Source of the DNA: a virus
Length of the DNA stretch: 64,000 nucleotides
Strand: one strand, 5' to 3'
Virus record (IMG/VR): IMGVR_UViG_3300008110_000181
Span: 10,702-74,701 of that record
The position numbers were made by a program, and so were the translations under genes. Positions 10,659-21,908 of this stretch are shown here, in pieces (position 1 is the first letter of the stretch; every line of letters begins with the position of its first letter). The notes under the pieces are model-generated. The model saw only the letters and a program-made list of their open reading frames with translations. It did no database searches and was not told the DNA's origin.

Positions 10659-11501
10659 TCATCCTATCATATCTAATGGTGGTAGTTCATATTCAAGTGC
10701 CATTCTTTGTTTAATATCTTCTAAATCTCTCTGTGCATCGTCGTAAATTTGTCTTCCATTGAGTTCTATACCACCAGGAAGTTTTACCCCCTGGAATTTA
10801 ATCAAGTTCTGTCCCCACTGTCTTTTTATGAGTGCAGTTAGATATTTTTTTAAGAAACTGTCATTATAAACCTTAGTAAAGGTATTTGGATCTAAAATTC
10901 TGTAGCATTCAATAACAATATAAGTATCTTTTGTTTGTGATCCCCAATCAATATCCAGATAAAGTCTATTTTGTCTCTTGTTGAATCTTATTTGTTTATC
11001 TGTAGTAAGTAAAAAGTCAATATCTTCTAAGTAACTTTTTACCATTGCATATTGCAAAAGTTCAACAGAATTAAAATAATATAAGTCATTTAAAAATAAT
11101 TGATATTTGATACTCCACATTCCACCAGAAATAGAACTAGTATCAAATTTAAATATCTTTTCTATTCCAATGACAGAATCTGGGACTTGTATATAATTAG
11201 AAGCTTCGTAAAAATTAAATGTAGTTGTACCAATACCAGCAATGTTGGAAGAACCTGTCGTAGTTGTAACACCAACTCCACCAGGAAGAGTACCTTTACC
11301 TTTATTGAGATCTTGCTCAGTAAATTTGTACTTTAAGTACATTTTTTCAATACCATCAAAATGACGTTCTTGAAAGTATTGAAGAGCATCATCTACTAAA
11401 TCATCTAATTGTTCTTCGGCAACGTTAATTTCAATAACTGGTTCACCAAGTTGTCTTAAACAATAATCAATTAATTCTTGTCTTGAAGCTGGTTTTGACA
11501 T
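10659..11501 (-). CDS. g13: neck protein gp13
   Basis: ELIDYCLRQLGEPVIEINV, QWGQNLIKFQGVKLPGG. Confidence 0.93.
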   Translation of the reverse strand: MSKPASRQELIDYCLRQLGEPVIEINVAEEQLDDLVDDALQYFQERHFDGIEKMYLKYKFTEQDLNKGKGTLPGGVGVTTTTGSSNIAGIGTTTFNFYEASNYIQVPDSVIGIEKIFKFDTSSISGGMWSIKYQLFLNDLYYFNSVELLQYAMVKSYLEDIDFLLTTDKQIRFNKRQNRLYLDIDWGSQTKDTYIVIECYRILDPNTFTKVYNDSFLKKYLTALIKRQWGQNLIKFQGVKLPGGIELNGRQIYDDAQRDLEDIKQRMALEYELPPLDMIG

Positions 11502-12091
11502 CAGTAGAATCCTCCATCGATACTGTCAGTCCAAACAGGTACATTATTTGCATTAGTGGTTAGTAATAAATTTGTAGTTTGAATTCCCACCGATGGGGTT
11601 GCAGTCGCAATAACTTCAGCATTAGGACCAAAATATGCAATACCGTAAGTTTTTCCAACCCCTGCTTGTAATGTTGTAATTCCTGTTAATGAAAAATCAA
11701 CAACATTAATTGAACCCCATCTTTGTGATGGGGTTCCCAGACTATAAGTATTATCAATATTTGGTACAATATTGGAATTTACTTCTCCAGAAAATACAAC
11801 ATTATCTGTTGTTGAATTTCCAAGACCAATAGTGCCACCATAAAAAATTGCATTACCTACAAACGTAGACGTTCCTTCAACCTGAATATTTTGGTCAAAA
11901 TAAACATTATCGTAGAATGTACTTATGCCCAAAAATTCAGATGGACCGTCAACAGATAATGAACTAGATGTTACACTACCTCCTACAACATTAGTGGCAT
12001 TAACTGCTAGATATGGAATATCTGGAGCACCAAATGCTGTGATAACTTTTATTCTGTTTTCTTGTCCGATTCTTACTGGTATTCGGGGCAT
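11501..12091 (-). CDS. putative virion/fibre-associated protein
   Basis: Beta-rich; fibre-type VPNIDNTYSLGTPSQRW motif; C-terminal IDGGFY; inside structural module. Confidence 0.6.
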   Translation of the reverse strand: MPRIPVRIGQENRIKVITAFGAPDIPYLAVNATNVVGGSVTSSSLSVDGPSEFLGISTFYDNVYFDQNIQVEGTSTFVGNAIFYGGTIGLGNSTTDNVVFSGEVNSNIVPNIDNTYSLGTPSQRWGSINVVDFSLTGITTLQAGVGKTYGIAYFGPNAEVIATATPSVGIQTTNLLLTTNANNVPVWTDSIDGGFY

Positions 12092-12429
12092 TAGTAAGTT
12101 ACTCCTTTTCTTACAAATACCATTCCTTCAACGACCTTGGTTTTTTTGGAACCATCATCTAAAACTACATCATAAACGTATCTACCTTCTTTCAATGCTG
12201 CAGTTTGTTGTTGAGTCAAACTGATTTGAAGTATCCCTGCACTAGGGACTACAAAAGTTACAGCAAATCCAACTTTTGTTGCACTATATGGATGCTTAGA
12301 TAATTTAGCAGCAGCGGTATATCCACTGAGATTTAAAGCACTATTACCAGAACTACTAGCTAAGGTAAAAACTTGATCAAAGTCTACTCCTGTATTAATG
12401 ATTAAATTGTTAACATAAACAGCAGACAT
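12091..12429 (-). CDS. small virion structural protein
   Basis: GRYVYDVVL...VVEGMVFV pattern common in cyanophage structural clusters; late box at 12452-12459. Confidence 0.65.
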   Translation of the reverse strand: MSAVYVNNLIINTGVDFDQVFTLASSSGNSALNLSGYTAAAKLSKHPYSATKVGFAVTFVVPSAGILQISLTQQQTAALKEGRYVYDVVLDDGSKKTKVVEGMVFVRKGVTY

Positions 12430-12476
12430 CTGAATATTCTGTTATTTAAACTATTTATGAATGCTATAGATTATGT

Positions 12477-12846
12477 TTATTTAAACTTAGAACCTTCTAA
12501 ATCTGCTAAAACTTCTTGTTGCTTCATGTACAACTTAATATATGATTTAGTCAGATTGCGAAGTTTATTTAAATCTTCACATTCATCAATTTCTCTACTG
12601 AGTTTCTCATATTCAAATAATTTATTCATATCACTTAAACTAATTTTACTTGGATCCATTTAAAATCTCCTTTAATAATGATTTAATTTCATCAATATCT
12701 TTTTTCATTTCATTGATTTCTCTTTTTTGAAATTCTCTTTGATTGATTGAATTTACATATTGGTCATATGCTGTAGAATCGCAATTAATTATAGCACCAC
12801 TATTTTCATCACGATATAAATTTTGATACCCTTCTACCTTAATCAT
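12477..12846 (-). CDS. two small hypothetical proteins (12477-12659 and 12646-12846)
   Basis: Overlapping ORFs directly downstream of the VrlC-like gene. Confidence 0.65.
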
Positions 12847-15800
12847 TTATCGAATTGCTAATGTTCTTAAACTCTTAATTCTAGGTGCTCTAGATTGATC
12901 TGTACCAGACATAACTATTTTAATTGTGTATCCAACAAAAAGATCCAGATTGTCTGCAGTAAATTCATATTCCAAGAATTCATTATCTAAACTTGGTTGT
13001 ACATATCTATCTGGTCTGCCCGTATTCTTAGAAGAGTCGAGAACGAGGAATCCTTGATCCGATACAGATCTTAGATTATCATATCCAGGGAATAGTTCAA
13101 AAGTTTGAGGAATACCATCAGAATCTGCTCTGATCAAACTGTAAAGAACTCTAAAATCAGCTGATGCATGTCTATATGCACTTAAAATCACTTTCAATGT
13201 TGTTGCTGGTTGTGCTAGATTAACAGTATTTGATACATAAACTGCAGCATGAGGGTCATTATTGATTGAATTAACCCTATTGTCTGTTACATAATTTGTA
13301 ATCGGTACGTTTAATCTACTACATCTAAACTCTGTAATTGCATTATCTAGATAAATTATTGGAGATAAATTAGAATTTTGTGTATTTAAAGTTATACCCG
13401 TTACAAAAGATTTGTTTCTCAATAGTTTAGCTAAACCGGGTTGATTTTTCTCATTAATCTCTGAAGCCACTATTCTCATTGATCCTAACGTATTGACAGC
13501 ATTTAGTTGAACCGGTTCGGAAACTTGCTCAACGAATGCATTTTCTGTTCCATTTGCACTTCTACCACTTACAGTTCTAATGAAAGCATTTACAGATGTG
13601 TCAGCTCCTGGTGTCAATAGATCATATGATGGAACCAGACTACTATAATTAATATTTTCAGATGCTTCTACTTTTGATCCACCATAAGAAGATTCATCAA
13701 TAAATGACAACTCTGGAGCAGATGTTGTTGAACCGTCAGAAGATCTATTAGCACCATTTCCAGTTCTAGAAACTTCTATATGGTAGTTATCAATTCCAAT
13801 TCCAGTTAAACTCATATCATGATCTTTATTGATTCTTCGTAAAGATACTCCATTTAGTTCGTATTTGTAAACTAAACTATCTTTATCATGTAAGGTAATT
13901 AAAGATTGATCAATACCTCTTCCACTTGGTGAATTTGAAATAGTCAAGGATCCATTTCCAACTGCAGAATAACCTATAATCTCCTGACCAACCAAGATAT
14001 AACCAGTATTTCCTGCTCCAACAGGAATACCTTCAAAGGTAGTAAATATCGATGTGTTTGCAACACTGACAGTATTACTTTCACTAATAGAAAGTTCCGC
14101 ACTTAATGAAGTTGGTGAGTAACTAGATTCTACGTTTGCAATTCTAACTTTATCAATACCAGAATACATTCCATGATCAAAATGTTCTAGTCTAAAGTAA
14201 TTGCCAGAATTAACACCACCATCAGGGACAAAACTTCTTATAGTTGTTGTTGCTAGTGAAACTATGGTTGAGGACGGGAAGTTATCTGGATAGAAACTTA
14301 CTCCAGCACCAACTCCAAAAGAACTAGACTCTCCTTGTATACCAGATAGGTATAAAGTATCCACTCCAGAGATGGATGAAATTGATACTCTTGCATCTCT
14401 ACCCAAAGTCGTTACAATACCAACAACATCACCTATCTTGTAACCAGTACCTGTTGCGGTAGTTGCTGCAATACCCGTAATTGCACCACTAGAGTTTGTT
14501 GTTACAGTGAGTTTTAGACCAGATCCACGACCGATAATATTAGTTGTATCTAAATTAATCAATGTTGAACTTGCTGGGTAATTTGTACCACCACTTGTAA
14601 TCACTGTTTGTGTTACTGAGCACCCAACTCCAACGATATAACCATAAGTATTCGGTTTTGTTCCTGAAATTTTTCTACCGACTTTTAAAATGTCATTGAC
14701 TAGAGTTGCGTTTGATGCCGTTAAAACAGTAGAAATTCCAAGAGTTGCAGTTTTTGGTAATGTTCTAATTGGATTATTATTTAACCTTGCAATATAACCA
14801 TTGCTCTGATTTAGAGGTGGAGTAGTAAAGAATGCGGTACCAGTTTCTGCTGTAAACTTAGCTTTATATAATTTAAACTTAAGATCTTGATATTGATTAG
14901 CAGTCCAAATAGATCCATTCTGTGATTTAAACAGACTTCCCATTGAGAACTGCTTAGAGTAGATTACAGATTCTGTAATTGGTAGTGATTGGGTTTTCTT
15001 GCTAGCTTCACCCATTGTTGCAATCCACATTTCATATTTGTCACTATGTGCAGATATAACTACAACCGCATATTCATTGTTGGGTGCCAAATAGATTGGT
15101 TCTGGGAAAGTTACCTTTGTTTCTATTTCACCATCATCTGAAATTAGAATATCAGATGGTCTTAAAGTTACTGATTTACCCAAAACAATTCTAGTTGGGG
15201 TACCTAAATCAACCGTTCTAATTTCAACTCTTACTGGAGCATTTCCATCATCTTTCTTAGCAAAGAACAATCCAACAGAAGTTAAAAATGCACCATTGAT
15301 ATCATCAATACTATCATTTTCTCCTGGTGCTTCTACACTTCCACCCACTGTAAATGATTGTGCTAATGGATCAAAGAATTGTGCAACAGTATTTTGGGTA
15401 TTTCTTGTAATTGTTGTTAGATTTGTAGTTAGACTTAGATTTAAGTTTGTAACAGTTTGAGTGGTTAAATTATTTGTAATAGCAGTTACTTCATTTTCCC
15501 ATTGATTTAATGTACCATCAGAACTATATGCAACTTCTGCAAAAGAAATTGAATTACTTCCTGGGATTCCCAATTCATTAGTTGGGCTAGAAGTAAGTTT
15601 AAATGTTTTAGTTCCTGTTGGAATTCTTACTGTAGGAACTGGTGTACTATTTGGATCTCTCAAGAAGAAAGTACCGATTAAGTCACCATAGTTATCAGAT
15701 ACTAATCTGAGATCTTTTACATATGCTATAGCACCACTAGTTTGACCAATCAATAACATACCTTTGGTTAAATAACCAGTATATCTTCCTTGTGCCTCTT

Positions 15801-18800
15801 CTGCCAATGAATTTGTATCTATATTCAATACTTTTGTTGTATTACTATATGATGTCTGTAAAGATTCTGTTTTAATATATGGATTAATATTGTATTTCTT
15901 TGATGGAGCATTAAAAGGACCATACTTATGATCAGGTGTTGCCAATCTAAATGAAATTAAATTAACACCATTGACAGATCCAACGACAGTTTCACCTGTT
16001 CTAAAGATACCGGTAGTTCCTGGTGTAGATAGTGTAGTATCTGTTGCAACTTCAATTAATTTTGGTGTAAAATCAACAGCACTATTGCTATCAAGGAATT
16101 GGTAATATTGAGTTGATGGTTTTAAATTTGATACAGAAAATTCTGTATTTCTTGATCTCATGAAAGATTCATCTGATGAAGAAACTAAAACATTTCTAAT
16201 AGAAACATCAGTATTTGTTACTGTATCAAAAGTAACATTGGTAGATGAACTTGAACTATTAAATGACTGTGTATCTCTAGATTCTGAGACACTGCTTCCA
16301 ATTACTGCACTACTTCCTGCTCTACGTGGGTTTGCTATTCGAACAACAGATGTGGATGAAGTTTCTCTGACAACTGGATTCGTAATGTCTTGTCTAAGAC
16401 TACCATTAAGATCCCTAGTAATAGTTCTACTGGAGTTATTTGTGATATTAATATTTCTATCTGGGAGCTGAATAGTTCTAACCCAGGTATCTACTGCTGG
16501 ATTTAGATTAATAATACCGGTATAAACAACAACATTAAATGGATTTACATTCTCTACACCAGTTGCATATAATTGGGAAATCCAGTCAATTTCTTCATAT
16601 TTTAAAGTTACAGAATTGCCTGTTTTTTGAACATTTGCATCTAATAATTTAAAATCTTGTTGATAATCTAATGATTCATCGATGACATCAGTTGCTGGTA
16701 ATACTCTGGATTTAATAGAATTTCTAGTAATTAATGGTATTAATTCTTTAGCAGATGGATTAACCTGTACATTTGATAATCCACGATTTATTAAACTATT
16801 ATTTCTAAAGTCATCAACGAAAAATCCACTCTTAAATCTATTTCTACCTTCACTATCTTGAACTTGAAGAGTTTGTGTTTGAACCTCTAAGAAAGATAGT
16901 GAAGTTACTCTTTCTAGATTTTGAACTCGGTTATCAATATAACCGATATCTCTCATGGTATATCTTCTATTATCTCTAAGTTGTATTACTGCATCTTGTG
17001 GATTAAACAAATATGGGGGCAACTGAATAGTTGCTATTTCCATCATAGCATCATTTTTTGTAGGAGCTTTTGGATTAATTGCAGATATCCCTTTTTCTAA
17101 TATAAAGTTTCCAGATTTATCTAAGTATAATCTATCAATTCTTGGAAGGTAAAAATCATAAGATACTGAGAATGATTCATTTGGTGTCAATAATAATTTT
17201 GGATCGGTATTAAAATTTCTGGATGAGAAATCAAATGGTGATGCTGAAGTTGTAGATGGATTAAAAGTTGAAACCCTAGGTCTAAAATCTAATATATCTG
17301 ATGCTCTAATACCAGAAACAATAGATGGGATATCTGTGGTATATCTGTCCTTATCATAACTTAATACCGTAAAGACGTCCCCATTATCGTTAGATTCTAC
17401 AGTATAGTAATCATATACAACTAAAAGTTTTTTAGATGGTTCAGGAACATCTTTGTTTCTAACTATCTTAGAATAATCATAATATTCTTCTTTTTGACCC
17501 TTATCTAGAGTATATGATGATGTAATATCTTTACATTTACCCAAAGTTACTAACTCAACCTGAGTTTTAATATTCGATTCTTCAAATGTTACTTCTTCAC
17601 CAATTACAAATCTATCACTAGTTAAGTAAATAACTTCTAAAGTATTTGTTGGATTAGATACTTTTTCGACAACTCTTGCGACTGTTTTAGAAGATCCACC
17701 AAGTATTAATTCTCCAACTATTGCATTATTTGTAACATTTGCAGTTGATGTAAATAAAATTCTATCTAAAGATGGAGATGATGAATCGTATGATTCAAAT
17801 ACTCCCATAATTTTTACAACATCTGGTTTTAGTAACGATATTTCTTCATCTTGAACTCTTAAACCATAATATGGACTATATGTTAAACCATCGGAGATTG
17901 AGGTATTGATACCAGTTCCAGACTGTTGGAATTCTGATCTAGTTATTTCTAATTTTTCACTTCTTACATATTTTTTAATTTTATTCTTTACTCCAGACTT
18001 AACTAATGTTACATTTATTGTTGCTGAACCATTAGTCAAATTTCTAATCGTTAAAGTGTTATTTGTTACATCAACAGAATCACTAGATAGTGGTGCTATA
18101 GTACCATTAGCATAAACTACTGAATATCTTTCTTGGTCGAATGAATCAAAAAATGCGGAAGTAATCCCTAAAGTCGAAGATACTGTAGATGCATTTAAAA
18201 CTATTTGGTTACTGGCAATAGTTTGATTTATTAACTGAGCAGAAATTTTTAGTGAGGATCCTGTAAGACCTACACTTGCAATATTTTTATGCGGTAATAT
18301 GCTGTAGAGATAAGAATCGGATGGATTTCTTATAATCGTTGCAGATGGGAATGCATCAACTTGTATAGTACTCGTTGGTAAATTACCTTCAAAAACACCA
18401 GAAACTGATGGACTTATTGCAGAAAGTTGGAATGATGAACCATCTGAGGAAACTGCTGAAATTCTATTATAGGTTTCTGTAGAAAATCCTGGTTTTTGAT
18501 ATCTAACAATGGTACCGGTTCTAACATTAAAGAACTTTCCTGGACAAGTTACAGTTGATATACCTCCTTGTGCTGTAGATATGGAGACATTTGTAATTCC
18601 ACCAAAAAATCTAAATCTCTCTAATACTGCATCGGCAGTAAATGTTGGAATACCAACAGCACCAAATACATCTTGCTTGAATGATTTTATGCTTTGAGTA
18701 TTGTATACTGTAGCAGAATTGATTGTTCTTGGAAAATCAACACCATTTACAATAATTGATTCACCGACCATGAAACTTCCAGAAGTCTGTCTAACATCAA

Positions 18801-20292
18801 TCGTATCGGAACCTGCAGCTGCAGATACAACATAACCATTTGCACCACTACTTTTTCCTTTGATATATGAAGATGCTGGTATTTCTGTTGAACTCGCAGA
18901 TCTATTTAATACTAATCTTGTATTGGTTTGTATATCGTATAAGTATAAATCATGATTTGTAGCTGCGTTAGAATATGCAGAGTCTGTTAAATTGAATGCA
19001 TATACTCTTGCGCTACCAATTCCAACTCCACCTGCAGCAAATTCGTCATATAATGTTACAACTCCTTTTGTTTGTGGAGTACCTTTAACATTATTAACTC
19101 TTATCAAATTCCCCATCTCAAAGGAAATACCAACATTAGATTGTGATTGAGTATCTCTTGGTTTTTCTACGTCTAAAATTGTTGATGAAACTTTTTCAAT
19201 ATCATAACCTCTAACGTATGCTTTTCCCGGAGATACTTTTACACACATCAGATCGTTTGATGGTTTTGATCCTCCAGGGGTAGTTTCATTTGAGAAAAAT
19301 AACCCATTTCCACCTAATCTATCGTTGAGTGAATTGTGAATTGATGGGTTAAATGGATCAACTGCATAATCACCAGACTCTTCGTAAGTTCTTTGTGCAA
19401 GATAATCTCTAAATTTATCATTGGTGGATTTATTTTCTATCTTTTTAATTTTACCACCATCAATTCTCAATAATTCAATAAAATTACTGTCATTAAAATC
19501 TGTTAATAATTTTTTATCTAACGTTAATTTAATTTGTAATCTATCTGCACCAGGTGCGGCATAGTTTTCAAATCCTTTTGCATTATCATAAATTGACTTA
19601 TCATCCTTTGGTGTAATAATAACTTCATCAATAGTCAAACCAACACGATAATTTGGTGTATTGCTATAATAATCTAGCATCAATATTTGTTTGGGGACAT
19701 TTACAAAATATCCTCTTACAAAATATACACCATTATTAATAAAAGCTGCTGAACCAATTGACGTGGCATTAAAAGAAATCAATGATGCAAAAGAAGAACC
19801 AGCATTAATCGTGGTTCCTCCGTATGTAATATTCTCATTGATTGTCAGATCTTCACCATCACTAAACTGTCTAAAAATAAAATCATTATCAGAATCTAAG
19901 TATTTTACATAAATTGTTGGATCTAATACTGTATTACCATTAGGAATTTCTACATGTTGTATAGTTGCAGTTATTCCAGAAACAGAACCAGTAATTTTTT
20001 TACCAACTAAATCTTCTAGATATAAAGTAATGTCTGTTCCAGCATTTGTTTGATTTAACTTTACTGCATAGAACTGACCGTCATATATTAAATTTCCGGG
20101 GATAACTACAGATCCCTCTTTAAACATATGACTACCAAATGTTTCTATTTGGTTTTGTAATAAAGATTGTATAGACGTTAATTCTCTGGCTTGAACTGGC
20201 CTTCCTGGATTAAATAAAATCTTATAAAAATTTTTATCAGAACTGAAATCGTCGTAATATGGACTAATATTTAAATTTGTTTTTTGTGCCAT
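12847..20292 (-). CDS. large virion structural protein, VrlC/DUF4815-like
   Basis: N-terminal NISPYYDDF...PGRPVQARELT; FKSGFFVDDF; FDPLAQSF; follows gp8. Confidence 0.85.
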   Translation of the reverse strand: MAQKTNLNISPYYDDFSSDKNFYKILFNPGRPVQARELTSIQSLLQNQIETFGSHMFKEGSVVIPGNLIYDGQFYAVKLNQTNAGTDITLYLEDLVGKKITGSVSGITATIQHVEIPNGNTVLDPTIYVKYLDSDNDFIFRQFSDGEDLTINENITYGGTTINAGSSFASLISFNATSIGSAAFINNGVYFVRGYFVNVPKQILMLDYYSNTPNYRVGLTIDEVIITPKDDKSIYDNAKGFENYAAPGADRLQIKLTLDKKLLTDFNDSNFIELLRIDGGKIKKIENKSTNDKFRDYLAQRTYEESGDYAVDPFNPSIHNSLNDRLGGNGLFFSNETTPGGSKPSNDLMCVKVSPGKAYVRGYDIEKVSSTILDVEKPRDTQSQSNVGISFEMGNLIRVNNVKGTPQTKGVVTLYDEFAAGGVGIGSARVYAFNLTDSAYSNAATNHDLYLYDIQTNTRLVLNRSASSTEIPASSYIKGKSSGANGYVVSAAAGSDTIDVRQTSGSFMVGESIIVNGVDFPRTINSATVYNTQSIKSFKQDVFGAVGIPTFTADAVLERFRFFGGITNVSISTAQGGISTVTCPGKFFNVRTGTIVRYQKPGFSTETYNRISAVSSDGSSFQLSAISPSVSGVFEGNLPTSTIQVDAFPSATIIRNPSDSYLYSILPHKNIASVGLTGSSLKISAQLINQTIASNQIVLNASTVSSTLGITSAFFDSFDQERYSVVYANGTIAPLSSDSVDVTNNTLTIRNLTNGSATINVTLVKSGVKNKIKKYVRSEKLEITRSEFQQSGTGINTSISDGLTYSPYYGLRVQDEEISLLKPDVVKIMGVFESYDSSSPSLDRILFTSTANVTNNAIVGELILGGSSKTVARVVEKVSNPTNTLEVIYLTSDRFVIGEEVTFEESNIKTQVELVTLGKCKDITSSYTLDKGQKEEYYDYSKIVRNKDVPEPSKKLLVVYDYYTVESNDNGDVFTVLSYDKDRYTTDIPSIVSGIRASDILDFRPRVSTFNPSTTSASPFDFSSRNFNTDPKLLLTPNESFSVSYDFYLPRIDRLYLDKSGNFILEKGISAINPKAPTKNDAMMEIATIQLPPYLFNPQDAVIQLRDNRRYTMRDIGYIDNRVQNLERVTSLSFLEVQTQTLQVQDSEGRNRFKSGFFVDDFRNNSLINRGLSNVQVNPSAKELIPLITRNSIKSRVLPATDVIDESLDYQQDFKLLDANVQKTGNSVTLKYEEIDWISQLYATGVENVNPFNVVVYTGIINLNPAVDTWVRTIQLPDRNINITNNSSRTITRDLNGSLRQDITNPVVRETSSTSVVRIANPRRAGSSAVIGSSVSESRDTQSFNSSSSSTNVTFDTVTNTDVSIRNVLVSSSDESFMRSRNTEFSVSNLKPSTQYYQFLDSNSAVDFTPKLIEVATDTTLSTPGTTGIFRTGETVVGSVNGVNLISFRLATPDHKYGPFNAPSKKYNINPYIKTESLQTSYSNTTKVLNIDTNSLAEEAQGRYTGYLTKGMLLIGQTSGAIAYVKDLRLVSDNYGDLIGTFFLRDPNSTPVPTVRIPTGTKTFKLTSSPTNELGIPGSNSISFAEVAYSSDGTLNQWENEVTAITNNLTTQTVTNLNLSLTTNLTTITRNTQNTVAQFFDPLAQSFTVGGSVEAPGENDSIDDINGAFLTSVGLFFAKKDDGNAPVRVEIRTVDLGTPTRIVLGKSVTLRPSDILISDDGEIETKVTFPEPIYLAPNNEYAVVVISAHSDKYEMWIATMGEASKKTQSLPITESVIYSKQFSMGSLFKSQNGSIWTANQYQDLKFKLYKAKFTAETGTAFFTTPPLNQSNGYIARLNNNPIRTLPKTATLGISTVLTASNATLVNDILKVGRKISGTKPNTYGYIVGVGCSVTQTVITSGGTNYPASSTLINLDTTNIIGRGSGLKLTVTTNSSGAITGIAATTATGTGYKIGDVVGIVTTLGRDARVSISSISGVDTLYLSGIQGESSSFGVGAGVSFYPDNFPSSTIVSLATTTIRSFVPDGGVNSGNYFRLEHFDHGMYSGIDKVRIANVESSYSPTSLSAELSISESNTVSVANTSIFTTFEGIPVGAGNTGYILVGQEIIGYSAVGNGSLTISNSPSGRGIDQSLITLHDKDSLVYKYELNGVSLRRINKDHDMSLTGIGIDNYHIEVSRTGNGANRSSDGSTTSAPELSFIDESSYGGSKVEASENINYSSLVPSYDLLTPGADTSVNAFIRTVSGRSANGTENAFVEQVSEPVQLNAVNTLGSMRIVASEINEKNQPGLAKLLRNKSFVTGITLNTQNSNLSPIIYLDNAITEFRCSRLNVPITNYVTDNRVNSINNDPHAAVYVSNTVNLAQPATTLKVILSAYRHASADFRVLYSLIRADSDGIPQTFELFPGYDNLRSVSDQGFLVLDSSKNTGRPDRYVQPSLDNEFLEYEFTADNLDLFVGYTIKIVMSGTDQSRAPRIKSLRTLAIR

Positions 20293-20297
20293 TTTGC

Positions 20298-21860
20298 TTA
20301 AAATTCCAGAATAATTTTAACGTCTTCTTTTTGTCTAAGATTTCTTGCCACCAGAGGTCTATTATCGATGTAAATAACATCTCCTGACTTTTTATTTATC
20401 TCTGGTTCTGCAAGTCCATTTGTAAATAATACTCCTAGATCTATTACTTTATTTCCTACTGTAACTTTATTATCATTAAATGAAGTATTGATTGGTGCAT
20501 TAAAACCAGATGTTATAAAAAAGATATTGTTTGCGGATGATTCAAATTCGTTAATTTTTGATTTTGTCGTAATATTCGAATTATCAGTCTCATTAGACTT
20601 ATTTGGATAATATAATGATCTATCTCTGAAATACTTTAGAACTAATGTATCACTATCATATGATGCTACATATCCTCTAGCAATTGTTCCATCAGATCTA
20701 GTTTGATTTATTTCTTCACCAATTACTGGTTTTTGACCAATAGAATTTAATTTTATTGAATACAATCCAGAAAAAGCATTTTCATCAAAAATAGTACTAG
20801 ATGCACCATATTTTGGATTTTTTAAAATACCAATTTGAGCAAACTTAGTGTCAATCGGAACATCTTTCGTTGAATCATCAAATCTTGCATAAATCAAAAC
20901 TCTATCAGCACCCAATTCTCTATAAACATCATATCCATGACCGTTAGAGGGTGGAATGATGGGTATTAATTTTGCATTTTGTGATAAAGTTCCTGTTCTT
21001 AGAGCACCCAGATCAACAATACCGTAAGTATAACCCTTCCCGCCTGCAGTAACAACGGCAGATTTAATTGAACTATTTTCTACCGTAACTAGTACCGTTG
21101 CTCCAGACCCATCACCATTAATTGAACAAGTATATGTACCATTAACATATCCATCACCAGCAGTATCAATATAAACTTTCTTGATTTGATTTTCTTCTAT
21201 TTCAGAATTGCCAGCATTTCGAATTCTTTGAATTTCACTATCAGTGTCAGTTTCCCAATTGTTAGGTAAGATTATATATTCTGTAGAATCAAACTTGATA
21301 ATGTCTGACGGAGAAACTGTAAATAAGTATTTCCAAACATAACCATCATTACTTGATCCAGCAGCAGAAGGTTCCGCATCAATAAATGATGGTTCATCTT
21401 GTGACTTATTTCCTAGTAAATTAGTACCAGAAGAACCATTATCAATGCAAATATAAACTCTATAGTTGCTGTTAATTACATAAAAATCCGAATCAAATAA
21501 TCTTGGTAGGTTGGAGTTAGGGGTTAAATTTGTAATACTATAATCATGACGATACATATCATATCTTGTATTAGAAGTCCAATTGACTTTTCTAACTACT
21601 CTTCTAACATTTGCTGGTGTAATTTTTTTACCAAATAAAAGAGTATCTCTATAATGTGAAAGATACTGTAAATTGTCAGTTGGTGATGGTGGGTTTGAAT
21701 CCCATGTTGTTTCCGTACCTACAGTACCACTTGTTCTACTAAAACCACCATCATTAGGATTTGCTAATCCCAAAAAAACATAGTAGGAGTTAGTATTAAC
21801 AGAATCAACAAAATTTCCTGCATTAAATATTCTAAATTGATCTGTTATTATAGATGCCAT
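20298..21860 (-). CDS. g8: baseplate wedge protein gp8
   Basis: IITDQFRIFNA, RVYICIDNG, DGYVWKYLF, QKEDVKIILEF. Confidence 0.9.
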   Translation of the reverse strand: MASIITDQFRIFNAGNFVDSVNTNSYYVFLGLANPNDGGFSRTSGTVGTETTWDSNPPSPTDNLQYLSHYRDTLLFGKKITPANVRRVVRKVNWTSNTRYDMYRHDYSITNLTPNSNLPRLFDSDFYVINSNYRVYICIDNGSSGTNLLGNKSQDEPSFIDAEPSAAGSSNDGYVWKYLFTVSPSDIIKFDSTEYIILPNNWETDTDSEIQRIRNAGNSEIEENQIKKVYIDTAGDGYVNGTYTCSINGDGSGATVLVTVENSSIKSAVVTAGGKGYTYGIVDLGALRTGTLSQNAKLIPIIPPSNGHGYDVYRELGADRVLIYARFDDSTKDVPIDTKFAQIGILKNPKYGASSTIFDENAFSGLYSIKLNSIGQKPVIGEEINQTRSDGTIARGYVASYDSDTLVLKYFRDRSLYYPNKSNETDNSNITTKSKINEFESSANNIFFITSGFNAPINTSFNDNKVTVGNKVIDLGVLFTNGLAEPEINKKSGDVIYIDNRPLVARNLRQKEDVKIILEF

Positions 21861-21908
21861 GCTAATAGTTTTTTATATATTTATAAACCATTTCGATGAG
21901 TAACTATT